This document shows, piece by piece, positions 26,153-39,049 of a stretch of 64,000 nt of DNA. The translations under genes and the position numbers were made by a program. The DNA lies in NCBI GenBank assembly GCA_951406725.2, contig OX597814.1, positions 165,478,001 through 165,542,000 on the forward strand. Direction: 5' to 3'. Below the pieces are notes generated by a model. It did no database searches. It was not told the origin of the DNA and saw nothing but the letters and a program-made list of their open reading frames with translations. Each line of letters starts with the position of its first letter. Position 1 is the first letter of the stretch. This DNA comes from Octopus vulgaris. Its lineage: Eukaryota.

Positions 26153-26600
26153 ACTAGCAGAGATACCCAGCATTGCTTGTGTTACATGCAATTGAAGAAT
26201 TAGACTTTTCTGTTATATTTTCTGTAATGAACTGGAATACCTATGATTCGAATTTCATCAAAATTGCAGATGAGGGTTATTTCCCTCTTAACACACCCTA
26301 AAAAAATTGTAATCATGACACATATATTGCATACTACTGATTTTTATGCGCATATTCTAAAATTCCAGTCTTATAGAACCAACCTGTTAAAAGGATTTTG
26401 CTCCTGAAAAATGGACGTCATTGAGCTCTAAAATGTGGGAGTTAAGGCCCCTATTGGGGGTGGGTGTCTTAATGTCAACCAGAGAAGTTGAATTGTTGAG
26501 AATCTTTTTAACTTGGGTCTTATATCTATTGTTTGAATTTCTTTGAAATAGGAAATATATGTATGTTCACTGGGTTTACAAAAGAGAGCAAAGCTACAGG
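26153..26600 (-). mobile_element. Degenerate Helitron-like element (a plus-strand 3' end of the same type at ~27835-27864)
   Basis: actagcagagatacccagcattgc is the reverse of the hairpin + CTAG end; cacgggcaacgctgggtgtctctgctagt at 27.85 kb. Confidence 0.45.
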
Positions 26601-27612
26601 AAACCAAAAGACAAATTATAACAATAAGCAGTCAGCTACCGCACCCTAGTCATTATCACTCCCAATGTAGGATTCCTCACTATACAGGTGACAGGCACAG
26701 CCGTAAGATGCATTACAGATCTATAGCAATTGGAAGGGTGTGACTTAACTGAAATAAACATTAACGACTGTGTGACGTGAGGGCTAAGGAGAAATGAAAG
26801 TGTCACGTTTGTAGTTTGCAAATGACCACTATACTGATACGTAACTGGACAGAATAAATTTACAATCTATAAATGTCTTTGAATAACCAGTCACTCATCT
26901 GGGAAGGCCTTGAAATCAATGTTACCATGTGGGGACTATGTGTTGACCCAGTGATAATAAAAAGACTGAAAGGAGGTCTGCAACCAAATAACTTTACTCA
27001 ACACTTTGCAACTGAATCAGTGGAGGCAAAGATGCCTCCCATTTACTTCACAATTTATGCACCACATTGCAGAAATCACAATCTAAGTATATCTCAAAAC
27101 AAACTCTTACACTGTTGTACCATTGAATTACAAATAATGCTCATCTTTTATGCTCAGCTGACCCTACAGCTTCCAAGAGTATAAATGTATTCGTCTTTGC
27201 ATAGATAAAATGACAAAACACACACACACACATATACATAGGTGCAGGTGTGGCTGTGTGATAACAAACTTGGTTCAAAAACAAATGGTCCTGGGTTCAG
27301 TCCCACTGTGTGGTGACTTGGCATGTGTCTTCTGCCATAGCCTCATCCAACCAAAGCCTTGTCAGTGGATTTTGTAGACAGAAATTGAAAGAAATCAATC
27401 GTACATATATGTATGTATATATGTAAGTCTATGTGTGTCTTTGTTTCTGTCTTTCTCCCTCAATCACTACTTCACAACTGCTGTTCGTTTATTTACATCC
27501 CCCATAACTTACAGGTTTCACAAGAAGAAACTGTTAGAATTATGAAAATAAACAAGCACTAGGCAGTGTCTCATATTTTTGTTTGCCCATTCAGTTGTAT
27601 CTATCAATTTAT

Positions 27613-27648
<36 letters not shown>

Positions 27649-27909
27649 GTGTATATATGGATTTCATAGGCAGAAACTGAAAGAGATCAATCGTATATAT
27701 ATGTAAGTGCATGTGTGCGTCTTTGTCTCTGTGTTTCGCCCTCATCACTGCTTCACAACTGCTGTTCGTTTATTTACTTCCCCATAACTTACTGGTTTGA
27801 CAAGAAGAAACTGATAATTCTCCAATTGCATATAACACGGGCAACGCTGGGTGTCTCTGCTAGTGTATATATATATATGTGTGTGTGTATGTATGTATAT
27901 ATGTATGTA

Positions 27910-30900
27910 TGCCTGTATCTATGTGAAATAATAGTTTCACTTTAATAGTTTCAGTATTAAAGTGAAACTACTAAAGTGAAAGTATCTGACACTACATTAG
28001 AGAGATGTTATTGTTTCACTTTTGAAATAGTGGAGAAGATATGATATTGCTGTGGGCTCACACTAAGGCAAGAAGTTAATAATTGTTTTGGCCTATGACA
28101 CTACATGCATCCTAAGTAAGGCATGTGTAAAATTTGAATGAAATTGGTTGTGTAGTTCTCAAGATTTAGGGATTCACAAGCAAACAGACAGACACACATT
28201 CTCATCTTTATATATATAAAGATGAGAATGTGTGTCTGTGTGAATCCCTAAAACTTGAGAACTACACAACCAATTTCATTCAAATTTTACACATGCCTTA
28301 CTTAGGGTCCATGTAGTGTCATAGCTTGCCTTCAGCTGCCCTTTTGGACCCTGTTGTGTCCACTACTCTGATTGGTTGGTATTGGCACAATTTGTCTCTT
28401 GCTCTATTAGATGCCAATGTGCAACCCAACCAATCACAGCCTTCTGATAAGGTTCCATGACAGCATCTTTTCTAAACTTCAGTTGCGCCGATAGAATGGT
28501 ATAAAGCTAGTTTCAACACCGTATTTTGTCTTTTGGTTCTAGACTTTCTAACTACTGACCACAGAGCACACAACCAGTCCCAGCGACCAGCAGCCACATG
28601 GAGAAATATAAACACTTTGTCCAGCAGCATCAGGACCGCCATCTCTGTCGCCTCTGTCTTCATGTCAACAACATCTCTCTACATACATCATCATCATCAT
28701 CATTGTTTGACCGTGGTCGTGACAATGGAATTTACCATGCTACGCCAGACTTCACAGTCTATCATGGCATTACGGAGGTCCTGTTGCTGGATGCCTGTAT
28801 CCCTGGAGATTACATCAGGGTAGGAGAGTGTGTGTCCTCTGGCATTGCAAGTAGATGGCTTCCAGAGGAGGAGAGTAGAAATTACCTCTTTTTCAGCTCT
28901 ACAACAATGTCCAGCAAACTGGACTCTCCTACCTTTCACAAGAGATGACACAGGTGGTAGTTTCCCATATATTTGCATTTTGGTTGGATGGCGCTTCCAC
29001 AAGAGATTTTGAGCTCTCATAAGGAGGCAAGTGTAGGTTCCATCCAACCGCCTCTCAAGCTTCTTTGATAACGTCCAGGTTTCTGAGCCATATAGTAGAA
29101 TTGGTTCGACTGTGGCTTTGAAGATTTCAAGTTTGAAGTCTTTACTTAGATTTGATGACCAGATCTTATACATGTCATTACAGGCTGACCAGGCCATACC
29201 CTTTCTAGCTTGTTGTTGTTTAAGTGTTATCATTACTGACAGCTTGTTGTTGTTTCTCTTCTGTAAGCTAACCATTTTCAATGACCACTCAAAGGATAGT
29301 TTTAGTTCTATCTCTTAGAATTTCGTTAAGTAAATTACTCGCTTCTCCCCTTGCTTAATTCCGACCGTCCCTTGTTTGCTGTGCGCCCGCCCTCACCCAC
29401 CACCAATACCAGATATCTCTCTATTCTCTCCCTTTCTCTTTCTTATCTCTTTTCTTCTCTTTTTCTATCTCCCTCCCTTGGCTCTATGAAATGAAGTGAA
29501 GCAAAAAGCTATTAGGCTGCCCTTGTCAGGTCAGGTCTGATGTATGCAGCATTGGATCCTACTACTGGTAAACTGTAAACCAGTACAACCTGTGTCAGTG
29601 GGGTAGAAAGGGCTCCTTAGCCATAGTGAAGGCAATCTATCTAGGGAGATAACCTTACAGTAAATCACTCGGTCCGGTCTCTACGTACACAGCAACTCGC
29701 CAGGTTCTATCTCTTCACTGTTTGTGAATTACTTCACAATGGCTAACAGCAAACACAACCTGCGAGAACCTTCTGTACCAAGTAACCCAGCAGCAGCATT
29801 GTAGCCTCAACTTCACACACATGTGCCTCAACCGGCTCTGCTTCTTCGCCTCAATTTCTTGTTACAGCACTTCATCTATTGTGTACCTTACTACGAACTG
29901 GTATTAATCTTCCTTGTGTCAGAACATTATTTTAACGTCCTGTTATGGACTCTTTCAATGCTCTGTATTTAATGCACACACATACACATTATGTATTCAT
30001 GACGGCCTGTCTATTGTTATTATTATATATGGACTTATGATGCACACACATTAACACATAACTAAATCTTCTCTTAACATTCTGTTGGTTGTGTCGTCTC
30101 TTTTCCTTCTGGCACTCATACTCATTTATACATTTCGTATTTTATTGTAATTGACCGTGCAATGCATTAAAGGAGCCATTCATCATCACCTCTCCTTTTG
30201 CACGGTCATTCTACAAGTGAAACACTAACATTTCTCTATTGTAATGTCAGATACTTTCACTTTAATACTGAAACTATTAAAGTGAAACTATTATCTCATG
30301 TATACAGGCATACATACATATATATATATATATATCATCATCATCGTTTAACGTCCGTTTTCCATGCTAGCATGGGTTGGACGGTTCGACCGGGATCTGG
30401 GAAGCCAAGCCAGAAGGCTGCACCAGGCTCCAGTCTGATCTGGCAGTGTTTCTACAGCTGGATGCCCTTCCTAATGCCAACCACTCCGTGAGTGTAGTGG
30501 GTGCTTTTTACATGCCACCGGCACGGAAGCCAGTCAAGGCGGTGCTGGCATCAGCCACGTTCGGATAGTGCTTTTTACGTGTCACCGGCATGGAAGCCAG
30601 TCAAGGCAGCACTGGCATCGGCCACATTCGGATGGTACTTTTTACGTGCCACCGACACAGGGATCACAACTACAATTTCCATTGATTTTTGATGTTGATG
30701 TACTTGATTCAATAGGTCTCCTCAAGCACAGGGTCGAAACGGTGTTTCTTTACTTGCCACCAGTACAGAAGCCAGTCCAGCGGCACTGGCAACTGCCGGG
30801 TGCCAGTCATAGGATTGGTTCAATTTCGATTCCGATTTCACTTGCCCCAACAGGTCTTCACAAGCATATATATATATATGTATATGTATGTATATATTTA

Positions 30901-31226
30901 TCTATGCCTGTATATATGTGAGATAATAGTTTCACTTTAATAGTTTCAGTATTAAAGTGAAACTATTAAAGTGAAAGTATCTGACACTACAATAGAGAGA
31001 TGTTATTGTTTCACTTTTGACACGTAATATTGAAATAGTGGAGATATGATATTGCTGTGGGCTCGCACTAGGCAGGAAGTTAAAAATTGTTTTGGCCTAT
31101 GACACTACATGGGCCCTAAGTAAGGCATGTGTAAAATTTGAATGAAACTGGTTATGTAGTTCTCAAGTTTTAGGGATTTAAACAGACACACAGACAGACA
31201 CACATTCTCATCTTTATATATATAGA
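27910..31226. mobile_element. Three Helitron-like/HINE-like copies in alternating orientation (~27910-28222 minus; 28206-28325 + 30215-30310 plus; 30905-31226 minus)
   Basis: Shared tctttatatatataaagatgagaatgtgtgtctg head and agtttcactttaatagtttc subrepeats. Confidence 0.6.
28690..29210 (-). mobile_element. 3' fragment of a second RTE-like LINE family
   Basis: ORF 28700-29281 with ATVEPILLYGSETWTL and QFAGHC, followed by a (gat)n tail. Confidence 0.8.
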
Positions 31227-32589
31227 TTACAACTACAAAGAACAGAAGATAGCAGACTTATGATCATTATAGGCTATACAGAAAGCACACTGTTGAATAT
31301 CTTCACAACAAAACAAAACTAAGCAATATGAAAGGCCATCTGGAGATAGCTTGCTGCTGTTGCAAACCCTGTCAACTACTAATGGTGGCGACTTGGCAGA
31401 ATCGTTAGCACACAGAGCAAAATGCTGAGTGGCATTTTGTCCATCTTCACACTCTGAATTCAAATCCTGCCGAGGTTTACTTAGCCTTTCATCCTTTCAG
31501 GCCGATGAAATAAGTACAGGGTTGATGTAATCAACTGTCCCTCTCACCCAAAATTTCAGGCCTTGTGCCTATAATAGAAAGGATTATGCAGAAATCATCC
31601 CCAAACAATAGTCAATGAAGAAACCTTTATGAGGTTGCTCGGATTGCTAGAGATAGCAGTCAAATTTCCTTCAAATTACAACCTCCCATCTTTAAAAAAG
31701 GACACACTGGATAAAGTAGTCTGGGGTATATTGTGTTTGAATAAAAGATGGAATGGTCATAACTGGAGTGGTTTCGATTATAGGTCTGCTCAATAAAAGC
31801 TGATTTTAGGAAATCATCATCATCGTTTAACGTCCGCTTTACATGCTAGCATGGGTTGGCCGGTTCAACTGGGGTCTGGGAAGCCAGGAGGCTGCACCAG
31901 GCTCAGTCTGATCTGGCAGTGTTTCTACAGCTGGATGCCCTTTCTAACGCCAACCACTCCGTGAGTGTAGTGGATGCTTTTTATGTGCCACCAGCACAGG
32001 TGCCAGATGAGGCTGGCAAACGGCCATGATCGGATGGTGCTTTTTACGTGCCACCGGCACGGAGGCCAGTCAGGGCGGCGCTGGCTACAGCCACGTTCGG
32101 ATGGTTCTCTTACGTGCCACCGGCACTGGTATTACAGCTACAAATGAAGAACATTAATGCCAAACCACACCCTGAAAACATTATTTTAGCCATCACTCAG
32201 TCCAGGACAGAAAAAAAAATGTACACACAAAAATAGCAGTAGCCTCAATAAGGTCAGGAACTCCCAAGTGTCTTTGCTAGGTTATAAACTACCAGAGACA
32301 ACAGCAAATGTCAGGCTTCGTCCACCTTCACTGTGGCAACCTGCCAATTCTACAGGTGTACAGGAAGACTGAATAGAAGACGGTAAAAGTGATATAACCA
32401 AACTGCAATGCTGTACCCATACAATTAAACCATTGTGTGTTGGAGTGGGATTTTCCTTCTTTCCTTTTTTTCAAATTGTTTTAGACATCACAATTAAGGG
32501 CATGCTGGAGCACAACTTTAGTGTGTTCTCTCAGCAAAGTGAAAGTATATCTGAACAGGATTTGTGAAGCATTACCTAGTTGTTTGAGT

Positions 32590-32975
32590 GATTACCTATT
32601 TGTTATATGGCTCTTGTATGTGGCAGATGTACTGCAGCATACAAACTAAGAGTACATCAGAAGCAAGTTCTCTTAACTGTTGACAGACTAACTAGAAGTA
32701 GTCGTTAGCTTCTGTTATCTAGGTGACATAATAAGTAGGGAAGGTGGTGGTACAGCAGAAAGAAGAGTGACAGGTTGGGAAAAATTCAGGAAGCTATTAC
32801 TTCTGATCGTAACAAAGGTTCATCCGTGTCATGGCGAAGGATTGATTGTATAATGCCTATGTAAGAACTGTGATGCATGGTAGTGAGACATGGGCCTTGA
32901 AGGCAGAAGACTAACAAGGACTAGAAAGAAATGGGACAAGCATGCTCTGATGGATGTATATAATAATAGTGCACA
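32590..32975 (+). mobile_element. Old RTE ORF relic (further piece at ~34020-34270)
   Basis: FCYLGDIIS, GWEKFRKLL and MHGSETW remnants. Confidence 0.6.
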
Positions 32976-33147
32976 TAACCCAAACTACATCTCTTCTTTA
33001 TACACTGTGTTTGTTGCTCCCCACAACTCTTGTAGCCCAACACCACTCTGTCATTTTTTTCTCCTGTCCTTCTTGCTACCAACTGTATCGTTGCTATCCT
33101 GTCACTCCCACATATAATTGTGCTCCACCACTCACTGCAGCCCTCTT

Positions 33148-33380
33148 ATTTTTTTATTGCCCACAAGGGGCTAAACATAAAGGGGACAAACAAGGACAGA
33201 CAAAGGGATTAAGTCGATTACATCGACCCCAGTGCGTAACTGGTACTTAATTTATCGACCCCGAAAGGATGAAAGGCAAAGTCGACTTCGGCGAAATTTG
33301 AACTGAGAACGTAATGGCAGATGGAATACTGCTAAGCATTTCACCGGGCGTGCTAAAGTCTCTGCCAGCTCGCTGCCTTA
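33148..33380 (-). mobile_element. Young full-length Nin-domain-like tRNA SINE
   Basis: TSD tcactgca(g/t)ccctctt at 33132-33147 and 33381-33396; core tcgaccccgaaaggatgaaaggcaaagtcgac. Confidence 0.85.
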
Positions 33381-36086
33381 TCACTGCATCCCTCTTTCCC
33401 TTCTCCTCTCTCCCTTTGCACTCTTGTGAACTCCTGGCTCATGCACCCTGACAAAACCTCTACCACTCCATTTACATTCACCTTCTTTGTACCTTGAGAG
33501 TATGCCCTGACTCATCACCACCATTTTTCTGTCTCTATCTTTCCAACTAGAGTAACCATGTATCTCCTGTACAAGACATCTGTTTCTGTCCCACTGTCAA
33601 AGTTTAACCTCATCACCTGGCACAAAGCCACCTCTCTCAATATCATTCTCCCTCTCAGTTGTAGGATCTTTGTCTTGCAAGTTACTTGCTAACCTCGCCA
33701 ATGTCACATAAAAGCATCCAGCACACTCTGCAAAAGTGGTTCATCATCATCATCATCGTCACTGTTTAACGTCCGCTTTCCATGCTAGCATGGGTTGGAT
33801 GATTTGACTGAGGACTTGTGAACCAGATGGCTGCACCAGGCTCCAATCTGATCAATGTTAAGAAAAGCATACAACCATAGAATCCATGCTGAAGCAGACA
33901 GTAGAGCTTGGCACAATCCTCAGGCTTTCCAGCTCCTATCAAATCATCCAATCCTTGTCAGCATGGAAGGAGGACATTAAATGATGATAATGGTGAATGC
34001 AAGAGTAAAAATGAGCTGAGTGTAGAAAATTGATATAAGAGGAATTGGAGAGAAGGCTGGACTGGAATGGGCATGTGATGCATATGGAGGATTTGACTAC
34101 AGCATCAGGAAGTGTCAAAGTGCTCCAAGATAATGGTAATTTGGAAGTGAGAGAGAGATCAACGAAAATTTGGGATAAAGTGGTAAATGCTGACCTGAAG
34201 ATACTGCATTTTACAGAGATGACAAAGGACTGCACTGACTGGTGAACACAGCACTGCAAAAGACCCAATTATCCATGGCAAAATGTACCCTGACACAAAG
34301 ATGTCATTTAGAGGCTGGCATATTTTTATCTTGCTTAGCCTAACTTACTGCTCTTTTTACCTTGTGTCCTTAAACCCCACACTCTGCCTTCATTTTACCC
34401 ACTTCTCTTTATCATTTAGAGTCCTCCATCTCTCATTTCCCCACCACCTGTGCAGACTGCATCATCCTAAATACTGACTCCTGAGTCTTATGTATAAAAA
34501 CTACACAGGCCCACTGTCATCCACCTACTCAATACACTCCAACTTTGCCCTTCTGAACTATCAGAATTCACTTTTCCACCTCTGGAGCACTTCTTTTACC
34601 ACACATTACCAACCTTTGCTTCATCACCCTTGTTTCCTTCTGCTATTGCCAACTATTACCCTACCGATTCCACCCCAAATAACCCTGCCTTTTCCATCAT
34701 AGATTTTTTCCTTTCGTTCACCCTTTCTGGTCCTTCTGATGCCATTGTTCTCATTCTTCCCAATTCCTCACATGGGCCACCTGAGAAAATGTATGTGCCC
34801 TAAGTTATTGAGTCCTTCTTACACATAAACACTAATCCCCTACCCCTCGCAACCACATATTTTTAGCCTTTCTGCTGCCATCAGTTTCTCCATACTTTCA
34901 ACCTTAAACTACATGTCTTAGGTTGCAGAGCACTCTCTACTTTTGAGATGCAAAAAGGAATCTCCGGTGCTGATGCCTTGAGAGAAAATATCCATCAGAA
35001 CTCCCTGTACATACATTGATTGGTAAGCAAGACAGTCTTTCTAGTATTAGTGCCACAGAAAATGCACATTAAAGTGGTTGGCAACTGAACAGAGAAACCA
35101 TATGGCTGTGAGGTACCTTTAGTTTTCTCTCTACTATTACTGCAATGAAAAAATATGCCCAGTACAGTGCATAAAGTGGTTGGCAATAGGAAGGGCACCC
35201 AACTGTAGAAACTAAGTCAAATGACATGTACAAGTGGCAGTCTATGAGAGAAGCAGCTGTCAATAAGAAATGAAGATTGTGATGACCTGTTCAGCCCATA
35301 TCAGTATAGAAAGTGATGTAAAAGTGATGATGATATATCATATTAAACACACACACACATGTATGTTTATATGGCTGTGTACTTAAGAAGTTCACTTTAC
35401 AGCCTCATGATTTTGGGTTCAGTCCCACTACGCAGCACCATGGACAAGAGTCTTCTACTATACTGTGTTTGTCCCCCTCCACATCACCACCTGACAACAA
35501 GTGTTGGTTTGCTTACATCTCTGTAATCTAGCAGTTCAGCAAAAAAGGCTGATAGAACAAGTGCCAAACTTAAAAAAATAAGTACCAGAGTCGATCCCCT
35601 TGACTAAAACTCTTGAAAGCAGTGCTTCAGCATGGTCACAGTCCAATGACTGAAACATGATATATATATATGAACTGGAGATATGTAAAAAGCACTATCC
35701 GAATCATGGCCGATGCCAGCGCCGCCTCGACTGGCTTCCGTGTCGGTGGCACGTAAAAAGCACCATCCGAATTGTGGCCGAAGCCAGTGCCGCCTCGACT
35801 GGCTTCCATGCCGGTGGCACGTAAAATGCACCAATCCGACTGTGACCGATGCCAGCCTCGCCTGGCACCAGTGTAGGTGACACGTAAAAAGCACCCACTA
35901 CACTCACGGAGTGGTTGGTGTTAGGAAGGGCATCCAGCTGTAGAAACATTGCCAGATAAGACCGGAGCCTGGTGCAGCCTTCTGGCTTCCCAGATCCCCG
36001 GTCGAACCGTCCAACCCATGCTAGCATGGAGAACGGACGTTAAACGATGATGATGATATATATATATATATGAGCAATCTGAGTGT

Positions 36087-36145
36087 ATTCCACTGATGAA
36101 GGCAGAGCATATTTCATGCAAAGCCAGAAATCTGGGATCTGGAAT
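36087..36145 (+). ncRNA. Type I hammerhead ribozyme candidate in a (TA)n-flanked ~220-bp unit (36072-36292)
   Basis: Stem I ATTCCA/TGGAAT; CTGATGA 36093-99; stem II GGC..GCAT/ATGC..GCC; GAAA 36127-30; stem III TC-tgg-GA; cleavage triplet ATC ending at 36139. Confidence 0.7.
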
Positions 36146-36301
36146 TATCCAGTAATTTTTTTTGCTAGTTTATTTTCTCTCTTTGTCTTCTCTCCTTGTG
36201 CTATATGAACATTTAATGTGGTTTTGGAGTCAAGTTTTTGACTGCTATTTTCAGCATGGTGGTATCTCTTAGATACCCTAAATTATAATTTTATATATAT
36301 A

Positions 36302-36812
36302 CTAGCAGTATCGCCCGGCGTTGCTCGGGTTTGTAAGGGAAATAACTATATAAGCATTTTTAGATTGTTACTTCCTTTATAGATGCCAATTCGGGCTTTC
36401 TTAGCCATTTCTGTTTTGGTGTCTTCAAGCCATGAAGTCGTTGTTCTAAAAGAACGCTCGTCTCCTTGACAATGCATTATGACGTTGATTTCCTTAAACT
36501 CCCTTCCCCACAGCTTCACGAGGGAGGGAAGAAGGGGGAGAAGCAAACACAGGTGCAGGTGTTTGAGCGTGGACGCCAACTCCGCCGCCATCGACACACG
36601 AAAAATTATGCATTAAAATGGAATAAAAAATGATGTTAAATTATTTTTAAAATCGTAGACTCATCGTAGACGCGCGCTAATACTCAGACGGGCTCGATAT
36701 GAATTACGACTATAAGATACCCGAATTTGGTTAAACTGCACCGCAAAATGTGGGAGGAGTTAGGAATCTAAATCGTAGGAGACAGACACTCACACAACTA
36801 CAGTTTTATATA
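36302..36812 (-). mobile_element. Non-autonomous Helitron-like element, CpG-rich (young)
   Basis: ctagcagtatcgcccggcgttgctcggg terminus shared with the 22709 element; head tatataaaactgtagttgtgtg. Confidence 0.7.
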
Positions 36813-36868
36813 TATATATATGTTAGCCACTACACACATTTTTTTCTCTCCGTGTTTTTTTTGTGTCC

Positions 36869-36904
36869 CTTTCTGTAGAAGAGCGTAGGCTCGAAATGTA
36901 AAAG
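36869..36904 (+). ncRNA. Minimal hammerhead-like motif with a variant core, in a Penelope pseudo-LTR-like unit (~36822-36995)
   Basis: CTTT-CTGTAGA-A-GAGC gtag GCTC-GAAA-tg-TA-AAAG; core position A6 is replaced by T. Confidence 0.4.
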
Positions 36905-37152
36905 ACTTTTTCTTTTCCTGAGCGCTATACTAATACATCTGTTTGTTTTGTACACCACCAGTCTTCGTCTTTTGTTTTTTTCATAAACTCTCCCTATCAT
37001 CATCATCATCATCATCATCGTTTAACGTCCGTTTTCCGCGCTAGCACGGGTTGGACGGTTCGACCGGGGTCTGGGAAGCCAGGGGCCGCTCCAGGCTCCA
37101 GTCTGATTCTATATATATATATATATGTATACACACATACAGAGATACATAC

Positions 37153-37239
37153 CAGAACTTTTACCCACAGCATGTATCTTTGGTGGAGATTTCACTTCAC
37201 ATTTTCGCTGTTTATTTACAAACAGGCAATCTGGATATT
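37153..37239 (-). CDS. NOPCHAP1: Internal exon (87 nt, phase 1-1) of a NOPCHAP1/C12orf45-like gene: xYPDCLFVNKQRKCEVKSPPKIHAVGKSS
   Basis: Acceptor ctcttttgtttacag and donor gtatgt on the minus strand; open frame. The final G joins TT of the 18129 exon to give Val in frame (KSS-V-LESVQ), matching the position of RSP-LLDQVQ as recalled for vertebrate C12orf45. Confidence 0.7.
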
Positions 37240-37572
37240 CTGTAAACAAAAGAGAAGAATTATTAAAGCTGGTATTATATTTTTATGCTTTAGTTCTATT
37301 TTAACACAGCAACATAATTACTAAGCTTGTTTGAATGTATACATATTGTGAGAGCAAAATATTTCATGGCTAAATTACTGTTAACCATTCAACCATAACA
37401 AGAGTGGAACTCAGGGTGGAAGGCTTTTTATTTTATTAGTTAGTTATTTAGCCCCAGGTCAGTCCTGGTCTAGCAGATCTGTGATCAAAGGCATGTGAAC
37501 AGTAACCATCTTGCCTTTTTATGTATAAATATATATGTACATTGTTCAACGTGTCCAATATTTTTTTCTTAA

Positions 37573-37793
37573 CCCTTTCATATTCAAATTACTGTTTCAA
37601 ACATAATGCTTATGTATTCACATCATTTCAAATTAATCCTGGATTATTTCATAGCTGGGAGATTTTAAGTATGTGATCGTTTATTTTTAAATATAACTCT
37701 GTAGGGTAGGTGTCAAAGGTCAGATATGACCAATTTGGAGATAAAACAGGTAGAATATTTTAGCTAGATATGACCAGTTTGAATACTAAAGGG
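37573..37793. mobile_element. TTAA-type MITE (partial related copy at ~42165-42340)
   Basis: ttaa-CCCTTT...AAAGGG-ttga termini. Confidence 0.55.
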
Positions 37794-38780
37794 TTGAGTA
37801 GGTGTAACTTGAGAGATACATGCTTCCTATTTCTAGTGTCTTGACCAAGCTTGCAGAGAGTTGTTTAGTCCCAAGTTATATCTGATTGAACAGAACTATG
37901 ATCACAGGTATTCCAACCATGATAATCCTATCTTTTATAGTTATTCTTGACTACAATATCAAATATCTTCTTTTATTTAAGATGACAAGGTGTAAGTTGA
38001 GGGAGATTTGGCTGCTATTTCTAGCAGGCCGAGTGACTATGTTAGAGGCTGATTCACCGTCTTAGTAGTTAGTAGTAAGAAGAAATGGAATTAGTGTCTG
38101 CAGCACTTTTAAAGCTGCTTAGAATTGAGGTCAGAGAGATAATTTTGGTTTGGTATTATTGACAATATTGGTTGACGTACAGTCTAAATTTTTTCCAGGA
38201 GGTAAAATATAGGCAAGGACCAATGAAACTTGATAGGGCCATTTCAATTTACTAGAAATAGCAACCAAATTCCCCTCAAACAATACCTTACCATTAAAAA
38301 AATGGAAGGAAAACTTCGGTACATTAGACAATAATATATGCTGAAGTTACGATGACATAGTCATGGTCAGAAAGCAAAACAACAAAGAGAGAATTCCAGA
38401 TGAGTGCAGTTCTGAGCAGAGTGGATGGAACAGTGAGAAGAGGAGCAGTAGGTGTATTACATATATTTAGGTAAGAGTTACACAAAATCTGGGAGTTCAG
38501 AGGAGCAGATACAGCTCTAGTATCAACAGAAAAGACAGAAAGAGAGAACTTTAAATACAAATTAATTAAGGGAAATAAATCGATGGTATGGATGAAAACA
38601 AATTAAATAGGTATTGATGAACTGAAAGTCATACACATAAAATTCTTGACAGACTGAAATTTCCATCTGACTTGGAGACAGAAAATAGGTAGTGGAAACT
38701 GTGAGAGGCTCAGAAAAAAGAGATAATTTTAAGATAATAGATATATATGTGTGTGCGTGTGTATTTATAGATCTCTCTCT

Positions 38781-38830
<50 letters not shown>

Positions 38831-38835
38831 ACATA

Positions 38836-39035
38836 CAAGTGGGTGGTGTAAAATTCCTGGCTTTAAGGGTATCGTAAATATTGGAGGCCTAGTCTTCTGA
38901 GTTCTACAGGGATTGAAGGACTGCTGCAATAAGTGTGTGACTCTGAGAGGGGGAATGTTCAATAAAATCATAATTAAATTATCCTCCTGTGTTTTCTTTT
39001 ACCCAAAGCCAATAACTTTCCTGTACCTACCCTTG
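38836..39035 (+). mobile_element. Mariner-derived MITE
   Basis: Imperfect TIRs containing ggcttt/aaagcc; internal relic of a mariner C-terminus (CNKCVTLRG). Confidence 0.5.
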
Positions 39036-39049
39036 TGTATATCTGCTAC

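Noticed and set aside
29500-29700. RTE 5'-UTR-like segment with a possible ribozyme
   Set aside because: No consistent HDV or twister pairing could be assembled by eye.
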